Source of the DNA: a virus
Taxonomy: Duplodnaviria > Caudoviricetes
Direction: 5' to 3' (one strand)
IMG/VR virus record: IMGVR_UViG_3300010347_000503
Location: 26,894 to 90,893 of that record
DNA length: 64,000 bases
Shown: positions 34,220 through 44,794 of the stretch, piece after piece
Position numbering within the stretch: the first letter of the stretch is position 1
Layout: each line of letters opens with the position of its first letter
Translations under genes and position numbers: made by a program
The notes under the pieces: generated by a model
What the model saw: the letters and a program-made list of their open reading frames with translations, nothing else
The model's database searches: none
Told to the model about the DNA's origin: nothing

Positions 34220-35272
34220 ATGGCAAGTATTGATATTTTTAGTGTAAAACCTCATCAAGTAAGTCGTGATATGCGCGGTTATTCTGTATTTATGTATGGC
34301 GGATGGAAAACAGGTAAGACAACTACCGCAGTTAAATTCCCAAAGCATTTTTTGTTAGCTTTTGAAAAAGGTTACTCTGCAATTCCTGGAGCAATGGCTC
34401 AACCTATTAATTCCTGGGGCGAATTTCGTCAAGTTCTTCGCCAGCTTAAAGAACCAAATGCGAAAACTATGTTTGAAACAATTATTGTCGATACCGCAGA
34501 TATTGCATATGACTATTGTGTAAAATATATCTGTGATAATTATACTAGACCCGATGGTGGAACTGGCGTAGATTCCGTATCTGATATTCCTTTTGGTAAG
34601 GGTTATGGAATGATTGAAAAAGAATTTGATTCTTGTCTTCGTCAGATTGTTCAATTAGGTTATGGTCTTGTAGTTATCTCTCATGAAACTGATAAGACTT
34701 TTAAAAATGAAAGTGGAACAGAATATAATAAAATTGTTCCTACTCTTGATAAGAGAGCTAACAATGTTCTTGCAAGAATGAGCGATATTATCGGTTATAC
34801 TAGATCCGTTCCAGATGAATCTGGTAAAGAAAAAGTTGTAATGTTTATGCGCGGTACTTCTCGTTATGAAGCTGGTTCTCGTTTTAAATATACACCTGAT
34901 TATATTGATTTAAGCTATGATAATCTTGTTAAAGCTATTGGAGATGCTTTGGATAAGCAAATGGAGGAAGATGGTTCTGATCTTTTCACAAAAGAGAGAG
35001 AAAATGTACATCTTGATACTACAACCGATCTTGATTTTGATGATTTAATGAAGAGATTTAATACTATTATTGCTAATATTCCTGGCTCTTCTGATGGAAA
35101 AGCTGAGACTGAAGAAGGTATTAAGTTTAGAGATTATTGGCAGCCAAGAATTACTCAAATCATTGAACGTTATCTTGGTAAAGGTAAGAAAGTACGTGAT
35201 GTAACAAGAGAGCAAGTAGAAGCTATGGACTTAATTGTTACTGAATTGGAAGATATTATTAAAGAGAAATAA
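34220..35272 (+). CDS. Sak4-like/AAA_24 NTPase (recombination)
   Basis: YGGWKTGKTT, IIVDTAD, VISHE. Confidence 0.75.
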   Translation: MASIDIFSVKPHQVSRDMRGYSVFMYGGWKTGKTTTAVKFPKHFLLAFEKGYSAIPGAMAQPINSWGEFRQVLRQLKEPNAKTMFETIIVDTADIAYDYCVKYICDNYTRPDGGTGVDSVSDIPFGKGYGMIEKEFDSCLRQIVQLGYGLVVISHETDKTFKNESGTEYNKIVPTLDKRANNVLARMSDIIGYTRSVPDESGKEKVVMFMRGTSRYEAGSRFKYTPDYIDLSYDNLVKAIGDALDKQMEEDGSDLFTKERENVHLDTTTDLDFDDLMKRFNTIIANIPGSSDGKAETEEGIKFRDYWQPRITQIIERYLGKGKKVRDVTREQVEAMDLIVTELEDIIKEK

Positions 35273-35364
35273 TTAATGCGGGAGATAAGTTATCTCCCGC
35301 TTGATTTTATATAAAAATTATGATATAATTATAATATAGTATAAAAAAAGTAGGTGAAAAATAT

Positions 35365-35883
35365 ATGGGGCATCCTGTTATATGTGCAGTATGTGGGAAA
35401 AAATTTGATAGGGACTTAGTTCAAGCAGTTAAATTCAGCGCCCGCCGCTATGCTCATTATGAATGTAAACCAGATGGAGAATTAGTTCCTTTAGATTTAA
35501 AAGAAGCAGATCCAGATCTTATTAAACTAAAAGAATATATAAAGTCTTTATTTGGAGATAATACTAATTGGGCATTAGTAAATAAGCAGATTAAAAAATT
35601 TAAAGATGAAAATGGATATTCTTATTCGGGTATATTAAAGTCTTTAATATACTTTTTTGAAGTTAAAAACAATCCTATAAATAAAGCGAATAATTCTATA
35701 GGCATTGTGCCTTTTGTCTATAAAGATGCATATAATTATTACCTAGCTCTGTATATTGCACAGCAAGCTAATGAAAATAAGACAATTAATGTGCAAGTCA
35801 AAGAAATAACAATAAAACCTCCAGAAAAACAAAATCATTTACGAAGAATATTTTTTGATTTGGAAGGGTGGGAAGAAGAATGA
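35365..35883 (+). CDS. hypothetical replication-region protein with N-terminal Zn motif
   Basis: CAVC..HYEC; overlaps dnaB. Confidence 0.7.
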   Translation: MGHPVICAVCGKKFDRDLVQAVKFSARRYAHYECKPDGELVPLDLKEADPDLIKLKEYIKSLFGDNTNWALVNKQIKKFKDENGYSYSGILKSLIYFFEVKNNPINKANNSIGIVPFVYKDAYNYYLALYIAQQANENKTINVQVKEITIKPPEKQNHLRRIFFDLEGWEEE

Positions 35884-37412
35884 AGAGTAGTCGTTATACA
35901 GAAATTTCTAATCTGGTTCAAGTAATTGGATGTGTATATAAAAATCCAAAAATATTTGAAAAAGAAGATAAATATACATTTAAAGAACATGATTTTTATG
36001 ATGATTTTCATAAAATTGTATTTACTTGTATTTATCAGCTTTGGCAATTAGGAGCAAAAGAAATCACACTTCCCGCAATTGAAGATTATTTAAGTCAAAG
36101 ACCTAAAGCTGCTGGATTCTTTAAAGCAAATAATGGTGCAGAATTTCTTTTGCGGGCGGCGGATAATGCAAATTTAAGTACCTTTGATTATTATTATAAT
36201 AGAATGAAAAAAATGTCCTTACTTAGAGGTTATGAATCTTTAGGTATGGATCTTGATTGGCTTTATAATCCTGATGAAATTCATAATTTAAAGAAAAAAC
36301 AAGAACAAGAAGATTGGTTAGATAATGCAACAGTAAGAGAAATTGACGAAAAAATTAATGATAAAATTGATGCAATTAGAGAAAGTTGCGTTGAAGATGT
36401 ACAAGAGTATGGTTGTCAATTAGGCACAGGAATTGATGAATTACTTGATAATTTTGCTAAAACTCCTGCTATTGGTTATCCATTTTATGATATTTACTTT
36501 TCTACTGTAACTCGCGGAGCTCGCCTAGGGAAATTTTATTTGAGATCTGCCGCAACTAACGTAGGTAAAACTCGTGCAGCAATTGCAGATGCTTGTTATA
36601 TTGGTTGCAGCCAAATGTATGATGCAGATCAGAAAAAATGGATTACGACAGGTGCCGCAGAATCAGTTTTATTTATTGCAACAGAACAAGAAATAGATGA
36701 AATTCAACCATCCGCACTTGCGTTCTTATCAGGAGTTGAAGAAGATCATATTCAAATGAATAATTATTATGCTGGTGAATGGGAACGTATTGAAAAAGCT
36801 AAACAATTATTAAAACAAGGAAAAGTTCAATTTGTTTGTTTACCAGATTTTGGAACTGAAGATATTGAAATTGTAATAAAGAAGTATATTAGAGAAAAAC
36901 AAGTTAAATATGTTTTCTTTGATTATATTCATACTTCAACAAAGATTATTTCTGAAATTGGCGGCGGCTCTGGTATTAAATTAAGAGAAGATAATATTCT
37001 TTTTCTTATGTCGTCAAAATTGAAAGAGATTGCATTAAAGCATAGTGTATGTATAGTTTCAAGTACGCAGCTAAATGCATCATATCAGACATCTGAAACT
37101 CCAGATCAGAATTTGCTTCGTGGTTCTAAAGCTATTGCAGATAGAGTAGACTGGGGTGGAATCCTATTGGAAGTAACAAAAGATGATAAAGAAAAAATTA
37201 CTCAATTTTGTAATAAAAATAATTTACCTATTCCTAATGTAAAATTAAGTGTTTATAAAAGCAGAGCAAATAAATGGAAGGGCATTTATTTATGGATGGT
37301 AACTAACCCAGGCATATGTTCATATAAAACTTATTTTGTAACGGATTGGGCATATAATGTAATTGATCTTCCGCTTTTGAAGATAGAGATCCAGGATGAG
37401 AGTGCATTTTAA
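35880..37412 (+). CDS. dnaB: replicative DnaB-like helicase
   Basis: ATNVGKT, FFDYIH, STQLN, LRGSKAI. Confidence 0.8.
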   Translation: MKSSRYTEISNLVQVIGCVYKNPKIFEKEDKYTFKEHDFYDDFHKIVFTCIYQLWQLGAKEITLPAIEDYLSQRPKAAGFFKANNGAEFLLRAADNANLSTFDYYYNRMKKMSLLRGYESLGMDLDWLYNPDEIHNLKKKQEQEDWLDNATVREIDEKINDKIDAIRESCVEDVQEYGCQLGTGIDELLDNFAKTPAIGYPFYDIYFSTVTRGARLGKFYLRSAATNVGKTRAAIADACYIGCSQMYDADQKKWITTGAAESVLFIATEQEIDEIQPSALAFLSGVEEDHIQMNNYYAGEWERIEKAKQLLKQGKVQFVCLPDFGTEDIEIVIKKYIREKQVKYVFFDYIHTSTKIISEIGGGSGIKLREDNILFLMSSKLKEIALKHSVCIVSSTQLNASYQTSETPDQNLLRGSKAIADRVDWGGILLEVTKDDKEKITQFCNKNNLPIPNVKLSVYKSRANKWKGIYLWMVTNPGICSYKTYFVTDWAYNVIDLPLLKIEIQDESAF

Positions 37413-37430
37413 CTAGATTAAGGAGTATTT

Positions 37431-38573
37431 ATGTATACTTATAATAAAGATGAGATTAAACAGAATTTAACAACAGATCAAGTAATAGAACTTCTTTCTG
37501 AATTTGGTGGAGAACCATTTCAAAAAGGGGACACTATTATATCTAAAACTATCTGTCATTGTGGGCAATCTCATAAACTTTATTATTATTCTAATACAAA
37601 TTTATTTCGATGCTATACTGATTGTGCAGAACCAACTTTTGATATTTTTGAATTAACGCGGAAAGTATTAAGTAGGGAACAACCTAAACAAAGAGAAGAT
37701 TCGGAATGGAATTTACCTGAATGTATAGATTATATAGCTAAGAAATTTGGTTTTGCTCCAAACGAACAAGATTTTGATGAACAAAGTCAAATTACTCAAG
37801 ATTTGAAATTATTTGAAAAATATGATAGAATTAAAGATATAAATATAAATAATCAAGAAGTTGAATTAAAAGAATATAATGGTTCTTTTTTAAAAAATCT
37901 TCCGCATCCTATTATTACCCCGTGGGAAAAAGAAGGAATATCAAGAGAAGTAATGAACAATGCGGGAATATGTTTTGATCCTCAAAATTGCGGGATTGTA
38001 ATTCCTCATTATGATATTAATAATAGATTAGTAGGAATTAGAGAAAGGACTATAATAAAAGAAGATGCAGAATTATACGGTAAATATAGACCTGCATATA
38101 TAAAGGGACAGTTATTTAATCATCCATTATCATTTAACCTTTATAATTTAAATCATAGTAAAAAAAATATTTTAAATATTAAAAAAGCATTTGTATTTGA
38201 ATCGGAAAAAAGTTGTCTTAAATATAGAAGTTATTTTGGAGAAGAGAATGATATTAGTTGTGCAGTATGTGGATCTAGTTTTATAAATTATCAGGTTTGG
38301 CTCTTAATTCAACAAGGAGCAGAAGAAATTATTATTGCTTTTGATCACGATTTTACAGATATATCTTCTGTAGAAGCACAAAGAATTATAAAAAATTTAA
38401 AAAATATACATAAAAAGTATGGTAATTATGTTACTATATCTTTTTTATGGGATAAAGAAAATTTACTAGGCTATAAAGATTCGCCCATAGACAAATCTAA
38501 AGAAGTATTTTTAAAATTATATAAAAATAGAGTTAATCTATATAATGAGAATACCATATACTCATTTAAATAA
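37431..38573 (+). CDS. DNA primase (Zn finger plus Toprim)
   Basis: TICHCG..CYTDC; FESEKS; AFDHD. Confidence 0.75.
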   Translation: MYTYNKDEIKQNLTTDQVIELLSEFGGEPFQKGDTIISKTICHCGQSHKLYYYSNTNLFRCYTDCAEPTFDIFELTRKVLSREQPKQREDSEWNLPECIDYIAKKFGFAPNEQDFDEQSQITQDLKLFEKYDRIKDININNQEVELKEYNGSFLKNLPHPIITPWEKEGISREVMNNAGICFDPQNCGIVIPHYDINNRLVGIRERTIIKEDAELYGKYRPAYIKGQLFNHPLSFNLYNLNHSKKNILNIKKAFVFESEKSCLKYRSYFGEENDISCAVCGSSFINYQVWLLIQQGAEEIIIAFDHDFTDISSVEAQRIIKNLKNIHKKYGNYVTISFLWDKENLLGYKDSPIDKSKEVFLKLYKNRVNLYNENTIYSFK

Positions 38574-38629
38574 TTTATGTATTGAAGATTTATTACTTGA
38601 AACAAGTAAATTTATTATAAATTAAATAT

Positions 38630-38740
38630 AGTGCGGTGGCGGAATAGGTAGACGCTGGTCAGGAGGATCCCAAAGGCATCTTGTGAGTGTGTCCGTGTGG
38701 GTGTAGATGCTATGTAGGGTGCAAATCCCTACCCGCATTT
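38630..38740 (+). ncRNA. anticodon-less tRNA-like RNA, second family member
   Basis: AGTGCGG/CCGCATT; TGGCGGAATAGGTAGACGC; GTAGGG-TGCAAAT-CCCTAC; long arm GCATCT/AGATGC; own promoter-like block upstream. Confidence 0.72.
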
Positions 38741-38771
38741 TAAAAAACAAAAAGGAGTAAATGAATGAGAA

Positions 38772-40583
38772 ATGAAAATTAAATTAATAAACCCACCTAA
38801 CCCAAAATATAGCGCCATAGAACAAATTCTTATTAATAGAGGAATTGTACCAGAAAATATTAAGCATTATATTAATTTAACAGATGAAGATATTAATGAT
38901 CCAATTATCTTTGGAAAAGAATTAATGGATGGAGCTGCGAAATGTTTTTTAACTAATCTTGATGCAGATAGTATAATTTGTGTAGTAATAGACTGTGACT
39001 GTGATGGATACACTAGTTCAGCAATACTTATAAATTATATTTGTGATCTTAAATCCGAAGATTGGATGAAAGATCACGTATTTTGGTATATGCATGATGG
39101 CAAACAACATGGTCTTAGTGATTGCATGGATTGGATTGAAGATATAGGACCTGAATTAGTTATTATACCAGATGCGGGAAGCAATGATATAGTTCAATTG
39201 CAAAAATTACATGATGATGGACGAGAAATTATTATCTTAGATCATCACGAATTAGAAATAGATCCTTTTTCATATTGCTATCTTATTAATAGTCAACTCC
39301 CGCAATATCCTAATAAAGAGTTATCTGGTGCTGGAGTCGTGTATCAATTTTGCAAATATGTTAGTCGAGTTCGTGGACTTGAAGATAAACATATTGAAGA
39401 CTGGTATCTTGATTTAGTGGCCCTGGGCCTTGATGGAGATATGATGAGTCTTAAGTCACCCGAAACCCGCAGACTTATTACAAAAGGATTAAATCCAAAT
39501 AATATTCATAATCCTTTTATTTATGAAATGTGGCAGAAAAATAAATTTAAATTAGGTGATGAACCTACTGCCTGGGGTGCTACCTTCTATATTGTACCTC
39601 TTGTTAATGCAATAACTAGATCTGGTACTCTTGAAGAAAAAGAATTAATTTTTGATTCTATGCTTAAATTTAAAGCATTTAAACAAATTCCTTCAAATAA
39701 AAGAGGACATAAACAAGGTGAAACTGAAAGATTAGTAGATCAAGCAATTAGAACTTGCACCAATGTAAAAAATCGCCAAACAAGAGCTGAAGAAGCAGGA
39801 ATTGAATTAGTTGAACATCTTATTAAAGAACAAAAATTATTAGATCATAAAGTGCTTTTATTCCTTTTAGAGCCGGGGTCTATTAAAGCAGAAATAAGAG
39901 GTCTTATAGCTAATAAATTAATGGCTAAATATCAAAGACCTTGTTGCATATTAACTAAAAGAGTTGCGGAAGATGGAACTGAATCATATGAAGGTTCTGC
40001 AAGAGGATGCGATAAAGTAGGAGTAACTAATTTTAAAGACATATGCGCAGAAACTAATGCTTGTGATTATACAGTTGGTCATCAAGGAGCCTTTGGTTTG
40101 GGTATCACAATGGGAAAACGAGATGAATTTACAGGGGAAGTATATGGAGAGAACCTTCTTCAGTTTATAGATGCAACAGATGAAATATTAAAAGATATGC
40201 CGAATGAGCCTATTTATTATGTAGATTATATTTGGAATTATAAAGATGCTGATGCAGAAAAGATATTAGAAATTGCAGATTTAGCCCCATATATTGGAAA
40301 AGGTATTGATGAACCTCTTGTTGCTATCAGAGGAATACAAATTACGAAAGATATGCTGACAATGATGGCAAGCAACACGCTGAAAATAACTTTACCTAAT
40401 GGCGTGCCTATTATTAAATTTAGGATGCCAGATGAAGAATATGAAAAACTTATTTCTAAAACTGGTTATGTGGAAATTGATGCTATATGTCGTTGTAATA
40501 AAAATGAATGGAATGGAAATATTTCTGCTCAATTATTGCTTGAAGATTATGAAATTATAGGAGGATGTGCTTATGTTTTTTGA
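38772..40583 (+). CDS. recJ: RecJ-like DHH exonuclease
   Basis: DCDCDG, LDHHE, GHQGAFG. Confidence 0.88.
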   Translation: MKIKLINPPNPKYSAIEQILINRGIVPENIKHYINLTDEDINDPIIFGKELMDGAAKCFLTNLDADSIICVVIDCDCDGYTSSAILINYICDLKSEDWMKDHVFWYMHDGKQHGLSDCMDWIEDIGPELVIIPDAGSNDIVQLQKLHDDGREIIILDHHELEIDPFSYCYLINSQLPQYPNKELSGAGVVYQFCKYVSRVRGLEDKHIEDWYLDLVALGLDGDMMSLKSPETRRLITKGLNPNNIHNPFIYEMWQKNKFKLGDEPTAWGATFYIVPLVNAITRSGTLEEKELIFDSMLKFKAFKQIPSNKRGHKQGETERLVDQAIRTCTNVKNRQTRAEEAGIELVEHLIKEQKLLDHKVLLFLLEPGSIKAEIRGLIANKLMAKYQRPCCILTKRVAEDGTESYEGSARGCDKVGVTNFKDICAETNACDYTVGHQGAFGLGITMGKRDEFTGEVYGENLLQFIDATDEILKDMPNEPIYYVDYIWNYKDADAEKILEIADLAPYIGKGIDEPLVAIRGIQITKDMLTMMASNTLKITLPNGVPIIKFRMPDEEYEKLISKTGYVEIDAICRCNKNEWNGNISAQLLLEDYEIIGGCAYVF

Positions 40584-40985
40584 AGACAGAGATACTTATG
40601 ACGATAAAGAATATAAAGAATTTTATTATCCTGTTTATGCTAAAATAGAAGAATTAAAAAAGAAAAAGAACAATTAGAAGAGTATTATAGACAATTAATT
40701 TTTATTAAAAAAATATTAGAATATATTATTATAGAATATTCTGATAATGAAAGAAGAAATTTTAATATTGCATTAAAAGATCCTAAATATATTTATTTAA
40801 ATGATTATATAATTCAAGCCTTAAATATGCTATTAAAAGATTTTCCTTCTCTTAATAATTCATTTTCTAAAATTGAAATTGAAGAATATATTAAAAAATT
40901 ATGTGAAGAAAGTGAAAAAGTGGATGTTAGAATAAGTGCTATTATACATGGAATACAAAGATTTGAAAAAAATAAAAATAAGTAA
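40573..40985 (+). pseudogene. hypothetical protein with -1 frameshift at A AAA AAG (40656-40662)
   Basis: GGAGG RBS; MFFEDRD..EELKK continues EKEQLEEYY... in the -1 frame. Confidence 0.55.
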
Positions 40986-41180
40986 ATTTATACTATAAGA
41001 ACAATAAAAGCGGAAGATTAATATCTTCCGCTTGATTTTTTATAAAAAAAATGATATAATAAATTATAAAGAAAAATAAAAGGAACTATTTATGGAACCG
41101 GGGACAAAGTTAACTCATCGGTTTAATATTATTTTAAAATATAATAATAAATAAAATAACATTAAGGAGGAATATAAAAA

Positions 41181-41905
41181 TTGGAAGAAAAAAATATGTT
41201 GTTTATGTTCACATAAATAAAACTACAAATAAAACATACGTTGGTCAAAGTTGCAATATAGAAAGACGTTGGCGTAATAATGGAATTGATTATTATGATT
41301 ATAATAAATCAGATAAAGATCAAAGTATATTTTGGAAAGCCATACAAGCATATGGATGGGATGGTTTTGAACATATTATTTTAAAAGAAAATCTTACTTT
41401 AGAAGAAGCTAATTATTGGGAAGGATATTATATGGATTTTTATCATTCTCGATATTTTGAAAATGGATATAATATAAGGGAGGCTGGTTCTAATGGAGCT
41501 TTATCTGAAAAAACAAAACAAAAATTAAGTAAATTAGCTAAGGAAAGAGGTCTTTGGAAAGGAGATAATAATCCTAAACATTTAGACCCTCCTGTAGGAG
41601 ATAAAAATCCAATGTATGGGAAAAAACATTCTGAAGAAACAAAACAAAAAATTTCAAAGGCTTTAACTGGTAGAACTTTATCAGAAGAGCAAAAACAAAA
41701 GATAACTAATTTTATGAATACTAATCATCCAAGAGCTAAAAAAGTAAGATGTATTGAAACTGGAGAAGTATTTTTATCAGCTAGAAAAGCTGCTGAAGCA
41801 TATAATACAGCGCATACTTGTATTACTAGAGTATGCAATGGTGAAAGAAAAACAACTCAAGGAAAACATTGGGAATGGGTGACTGAAAATGATATTAACG
41901 AATGA
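41181..41905 (+). CDS. free-standing GIY-YIG endonuclease with NUMOD3; -1 frameshift in A7 near the start
   Basis: AAGGAGG plus TTG start; YVVYVHIN..TYVGQS; NPMYGKKHSEETKQK. Confidence 0.75.
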
Positions 41906-43070
41906 ACAAGAAAAAGCATTAAAAATTATATTAGAAAAATATAAAAACCATGAAAAATATGTCACGATATGCGGCTTCGCTGGAGTTGGGAAAAGTACCC
42001 TAGTAAAATTTGCTATAGAAGCTTTAGATGTAGATCAAGATCGTGTAACCTATGCTTGTTATACAGGGAAAGCCGCCGAAGTTCTTAGACGCAAAGGAAA
42101 TAAAAATGCTATGACTTTACATAGACTACTATATGATAGCATTCCACGCCCAGGAGGAGGCTTTTTTCGTAAACCCAAAATGTCATTAGAATATGATATT
42201 GTTGTAGTTGACGAGATTTCACTTGCTCCAAAGTCTATGATTGATATGTTATTAAAACATAAAGTTTTTTGTATTTTTATTGGAGATAGTTTTCAGTTAC
42301 CTCAAATAGATAAAACTGAAGCACATGATTATCTTGAGCATCCAGATATTTTTCTTTCAACTATTATGAGACAAGCAGCTGAGTCTGAAATTATTAGACT
42401 TACAATGAAGATTCGTAATCAAGAAGATATTAATTATTTTGAGGGAAAAGAAGTTATTATTGCTCCCAAGTCTTCTCTCGTGACTGGGCACTATACTTGG
42501 GCAGACCAGATTATTTGTGCAACAAATGCAACAAGAGGAGCAGTAAATAATCAGGTAAGATCTATATTAGGTTATCATGGAAACCCGCAAGATGGAGAGC
42601 GGATGATCTGTCTTAGAAATTATTGGGACGATATTAGTGAGTCTGGAAATGGTGCTTTAGTAAATGGTTCTACAGGTATTATTCGTAATCCATTTGAAAG
42701 CTTTATTGATGCACCTTATTATGTTAAAATGAAAAATCATCGAATGCCAGTAATTCAAGGCATTTTTCTTGCAGATGATGGTGAAACTTATGCTAATGTA
42801 GATATGGATAAATGTATGATTGAAACTGGTGAACCTTTTCTTGATTGGCGGGAATCATATGCACTTGGTAAATTGAAAATGAAAATCGGAGACATTGTAC
42901 CGCGGCAGTTTTCGTATGGTTACGCAATAACCTGCCATAAATCGCAGGGCAGCGAGTTCGAAAAAGTATTAGTTCTCGAAGAAAGTTTTCCATTCGTGAA
43001 ACTTGAACATGCACGCTGGCTATATACAGCCTGCACTAGAGCTAGTGAAAAATTGGTTCTGCTCCGATGA
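41889..43070 (+). CDS. SF1B RecD/Dda-like helicase
   Basis: GFAGVGKS, VVVDE, GDSFQL, YAITCHKSQGSEF. Confidence 0.88.
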   Translation: MILTNEQEKALKIILEKYKNHEKYVTICGFAGVGKSTLVKFAIEALDVDQDRVTYACYTGKAAEVLRRKGNKNAMTLHRLLYDSIPRPGGGFFRKPKMSLEYDIVVVDEISLAPKSMIDMLLKHKVFCIFIGDSFQLPQIDKTEAHDYLEHPDIFLSTIMRQAAESEIIRLTMKIRNQEDINYFEGKEVIIAPKSSLVTGHYTWADQIICATNATRGAVNNQVRSILGYHGNPQDGERMICLRNYWDDISESGNGALVNGSTGIIRNPFESFIDAPYYVKMKNHRMPVIQGIFLADDGETYANVDMDKCMIETGEPFLDWRESYALGKLKMKIGDIVPRQFSYGYAITCHKSQGSEFEKVLVLEESFPFVKLEHARWLYTACTRASEKLVLLR

Positions 43071-43080
43071 GGAACAATCT

Positions 43081-43284
43081 ATGACAACTAATGTAAATTA
43101 TGAATTATATAGAATGAGATTTGAAAATAGAAATAATAGGCCTATGGCAATTAAACAAATGTTAAAAGATGCTGAATTATATTCAGCTTATACAAGGGTA
43201 AAGAAAAGTTTAGATGTAGATATAATAATTGAAAATAAGGAGGATTTTTTAAATGGTATTAAAGATACTCTTATTAATAGTTAG
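43081..43284 (+). CDS. hypothetical protein
   Basis: GAGG RBS, ATG at 43081. Confidence 0.6.
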   Translation: MTTNVNYELYRMRFENRNNRPMAIKQMLKDAELYSAYTRVKKSLDVDIIIENKEDFLNGIKDTLINS

Positions 43285-43379
43285 TTTTAGTTGCGGAGCC
43301 TGTTTAGGAGTTCTTATTATGGCTTTAATGTTAAATGCTTCAAAATGTTCAAGATGGGAAGAAGAAATGGAAAGAAAAA

Positions 43380-43601
43380 ATGAAGAAAAAAGAATTTGAA
43401 ATAGAACCAGGTATTATTATATCTAAATTAGATTTAAAAGATGGTGATAATATTATTATAACAGTAGATATAGATATATGGGATATTGACGTTGCTTCTG
43501 AAATGTGCAAAATAGTAAGTAAAATATTTCCAAATAATAATGTAATAACTACATTTAAAGGAATTGAAATAAGTGCGGGCGCCGGGTCTAGTCCAGAGTG
43601 A
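43380..43601 (+). CDS. hypothetical protein whose C-terminus is encoded by a palindrome
   Basis: MKKKEFEIEPG...EISAGAGSSPE*. Confidence 0.55.
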   Translation: MKKKEFEIEPGIIISKLDLKDGDNIIITVDIDIWDIDVASEMCKIVSKIFPNNNVITTFKGIEISAGAGSSPE

Positions 43602-43958
43602 CATCGGGCGCCCGCAGACAAAGAATATTATATAGACAAGAGAGGAATAGTATGCGGGCTTCGGTATGAACCACTTATAGTTCAAGCACAAGGAAACCAT
43701 AGTTGTCCTTGCATGAATCCTTTTAACGCACCCTTTTGTCCTACTATGGTAGAATATAGACAATTACTTTATAAATTAGTAGATAAAGAAAAAACTTTAA
43801 AAGCATTTGAGTATTGTTTAAATACATTTAATGCTGATACTATTGTTTTAATAGTATATGAAACACCAAAAAATCTTTGTAGTGAAAGGTGGGCATTACA
43901 AGAATTTTTTGGCTGTGAAGAACTAAAATATCCAATAGGAGAAAACTATGGAAATTAA
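43602..43958 (+). pseudogene. ORF open from 43602 with no start or RBS (5-prime truncated)
   Basis: DKEYYIDKRGIVCGLRYEP...VYETPKNLCSER reads as coding upstream of the first ATG (43713). Confidence 0.45.
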
Positions 43959-44613
43959 TAAGTTATATAATATAGATTGTATGGAATTTATGAAAACTCT
44001 ACCAAATAATTCAGTAGATGTCATTATTACAGATATTCCATATGGAGAAGTAACAAGAGAGTCAAATGGTTTAACAAATTTTGACAGAGAAAATGCAGAT
44101 ATAGTTACCTTTGACACTCTTGCTTTTGTTAAAGAATGTTATAGAATTGCTAAATCAAGTATAACAATATTTTGCGGGAAGGAACAGTTCTCTGAAATTC
44201 ATTCTTTCTTTAATGAAGAACAAAAGAAAAAGAAAGGAACAGTACGACAATTAATATGGGAAAAAACTAATCCCACACCTTTTAATGGTCAGTATGTATA
44301 TCTTTCTGGAATAGAAAATGCAGTTTGGTTTAGAAAGAGTAAAGGAACATTCAATGCCCATTGTAAAAATACTGTTTTTCGTTATCCTATATGGGGCGGG
44401 AAGAACAGAATTCACCCTACTGAAAAGCATCATGATTTAATAAAAGAAATTATGCTTGATAATAGCAATGAAGGAGATTTGATATTTGATCCTTGTGCGG
44501 GGAGTGGATCAACGCTTCTTGTAGCTAAGGAAAATGATAGAAATTATCTTGGCTGTGAACTTGATAAAGAATATTATGAAAAAGCATTAAAAAGATTGGA
44601 AGGCGGGAGATGA
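43948..44613 (+). CDS. DNA N6-adenine/N4-cytosine methyltransferase (beta class)
   Basis: ITDIPY, HPTEK, FDPCAGSGST. Confidence 0.85.
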   Translation: MEINKLYNIDCMEFMKTLPNNSVDVIITDIPYGEVTRESNGLTNFDRENADIVTFDTLAFVKECYRIAKSSITIFCGKEQFSEIHSFFNEEQKKKKGTVRQLIWEKTNPTPFNGQYVYLSGIENAVWFRKSKGTFNAHCKNTVFRYPIWGGKNRIHPTEKHHDLIKEIMLDNSNEGDLIFDPCAGSGSTLLVAKENDRNYLGCELDKEYYEKALKRLEGGR

Positions 44614-44794
44614 AGCATCTTCCGCTCGACATTTTATAAAAATTATGATATAATATATATAGATAAAATAATTAAAGGGAGGGATATATTATGTGGTATC
44701 TTTTTGAATCAGCCACGAAATTATAGTAGTAAAATTGGACAAGTAATAAGAAAAGAAAGAAAAACTTTTGCAGGATACCACTAGGAGGCGGTAG

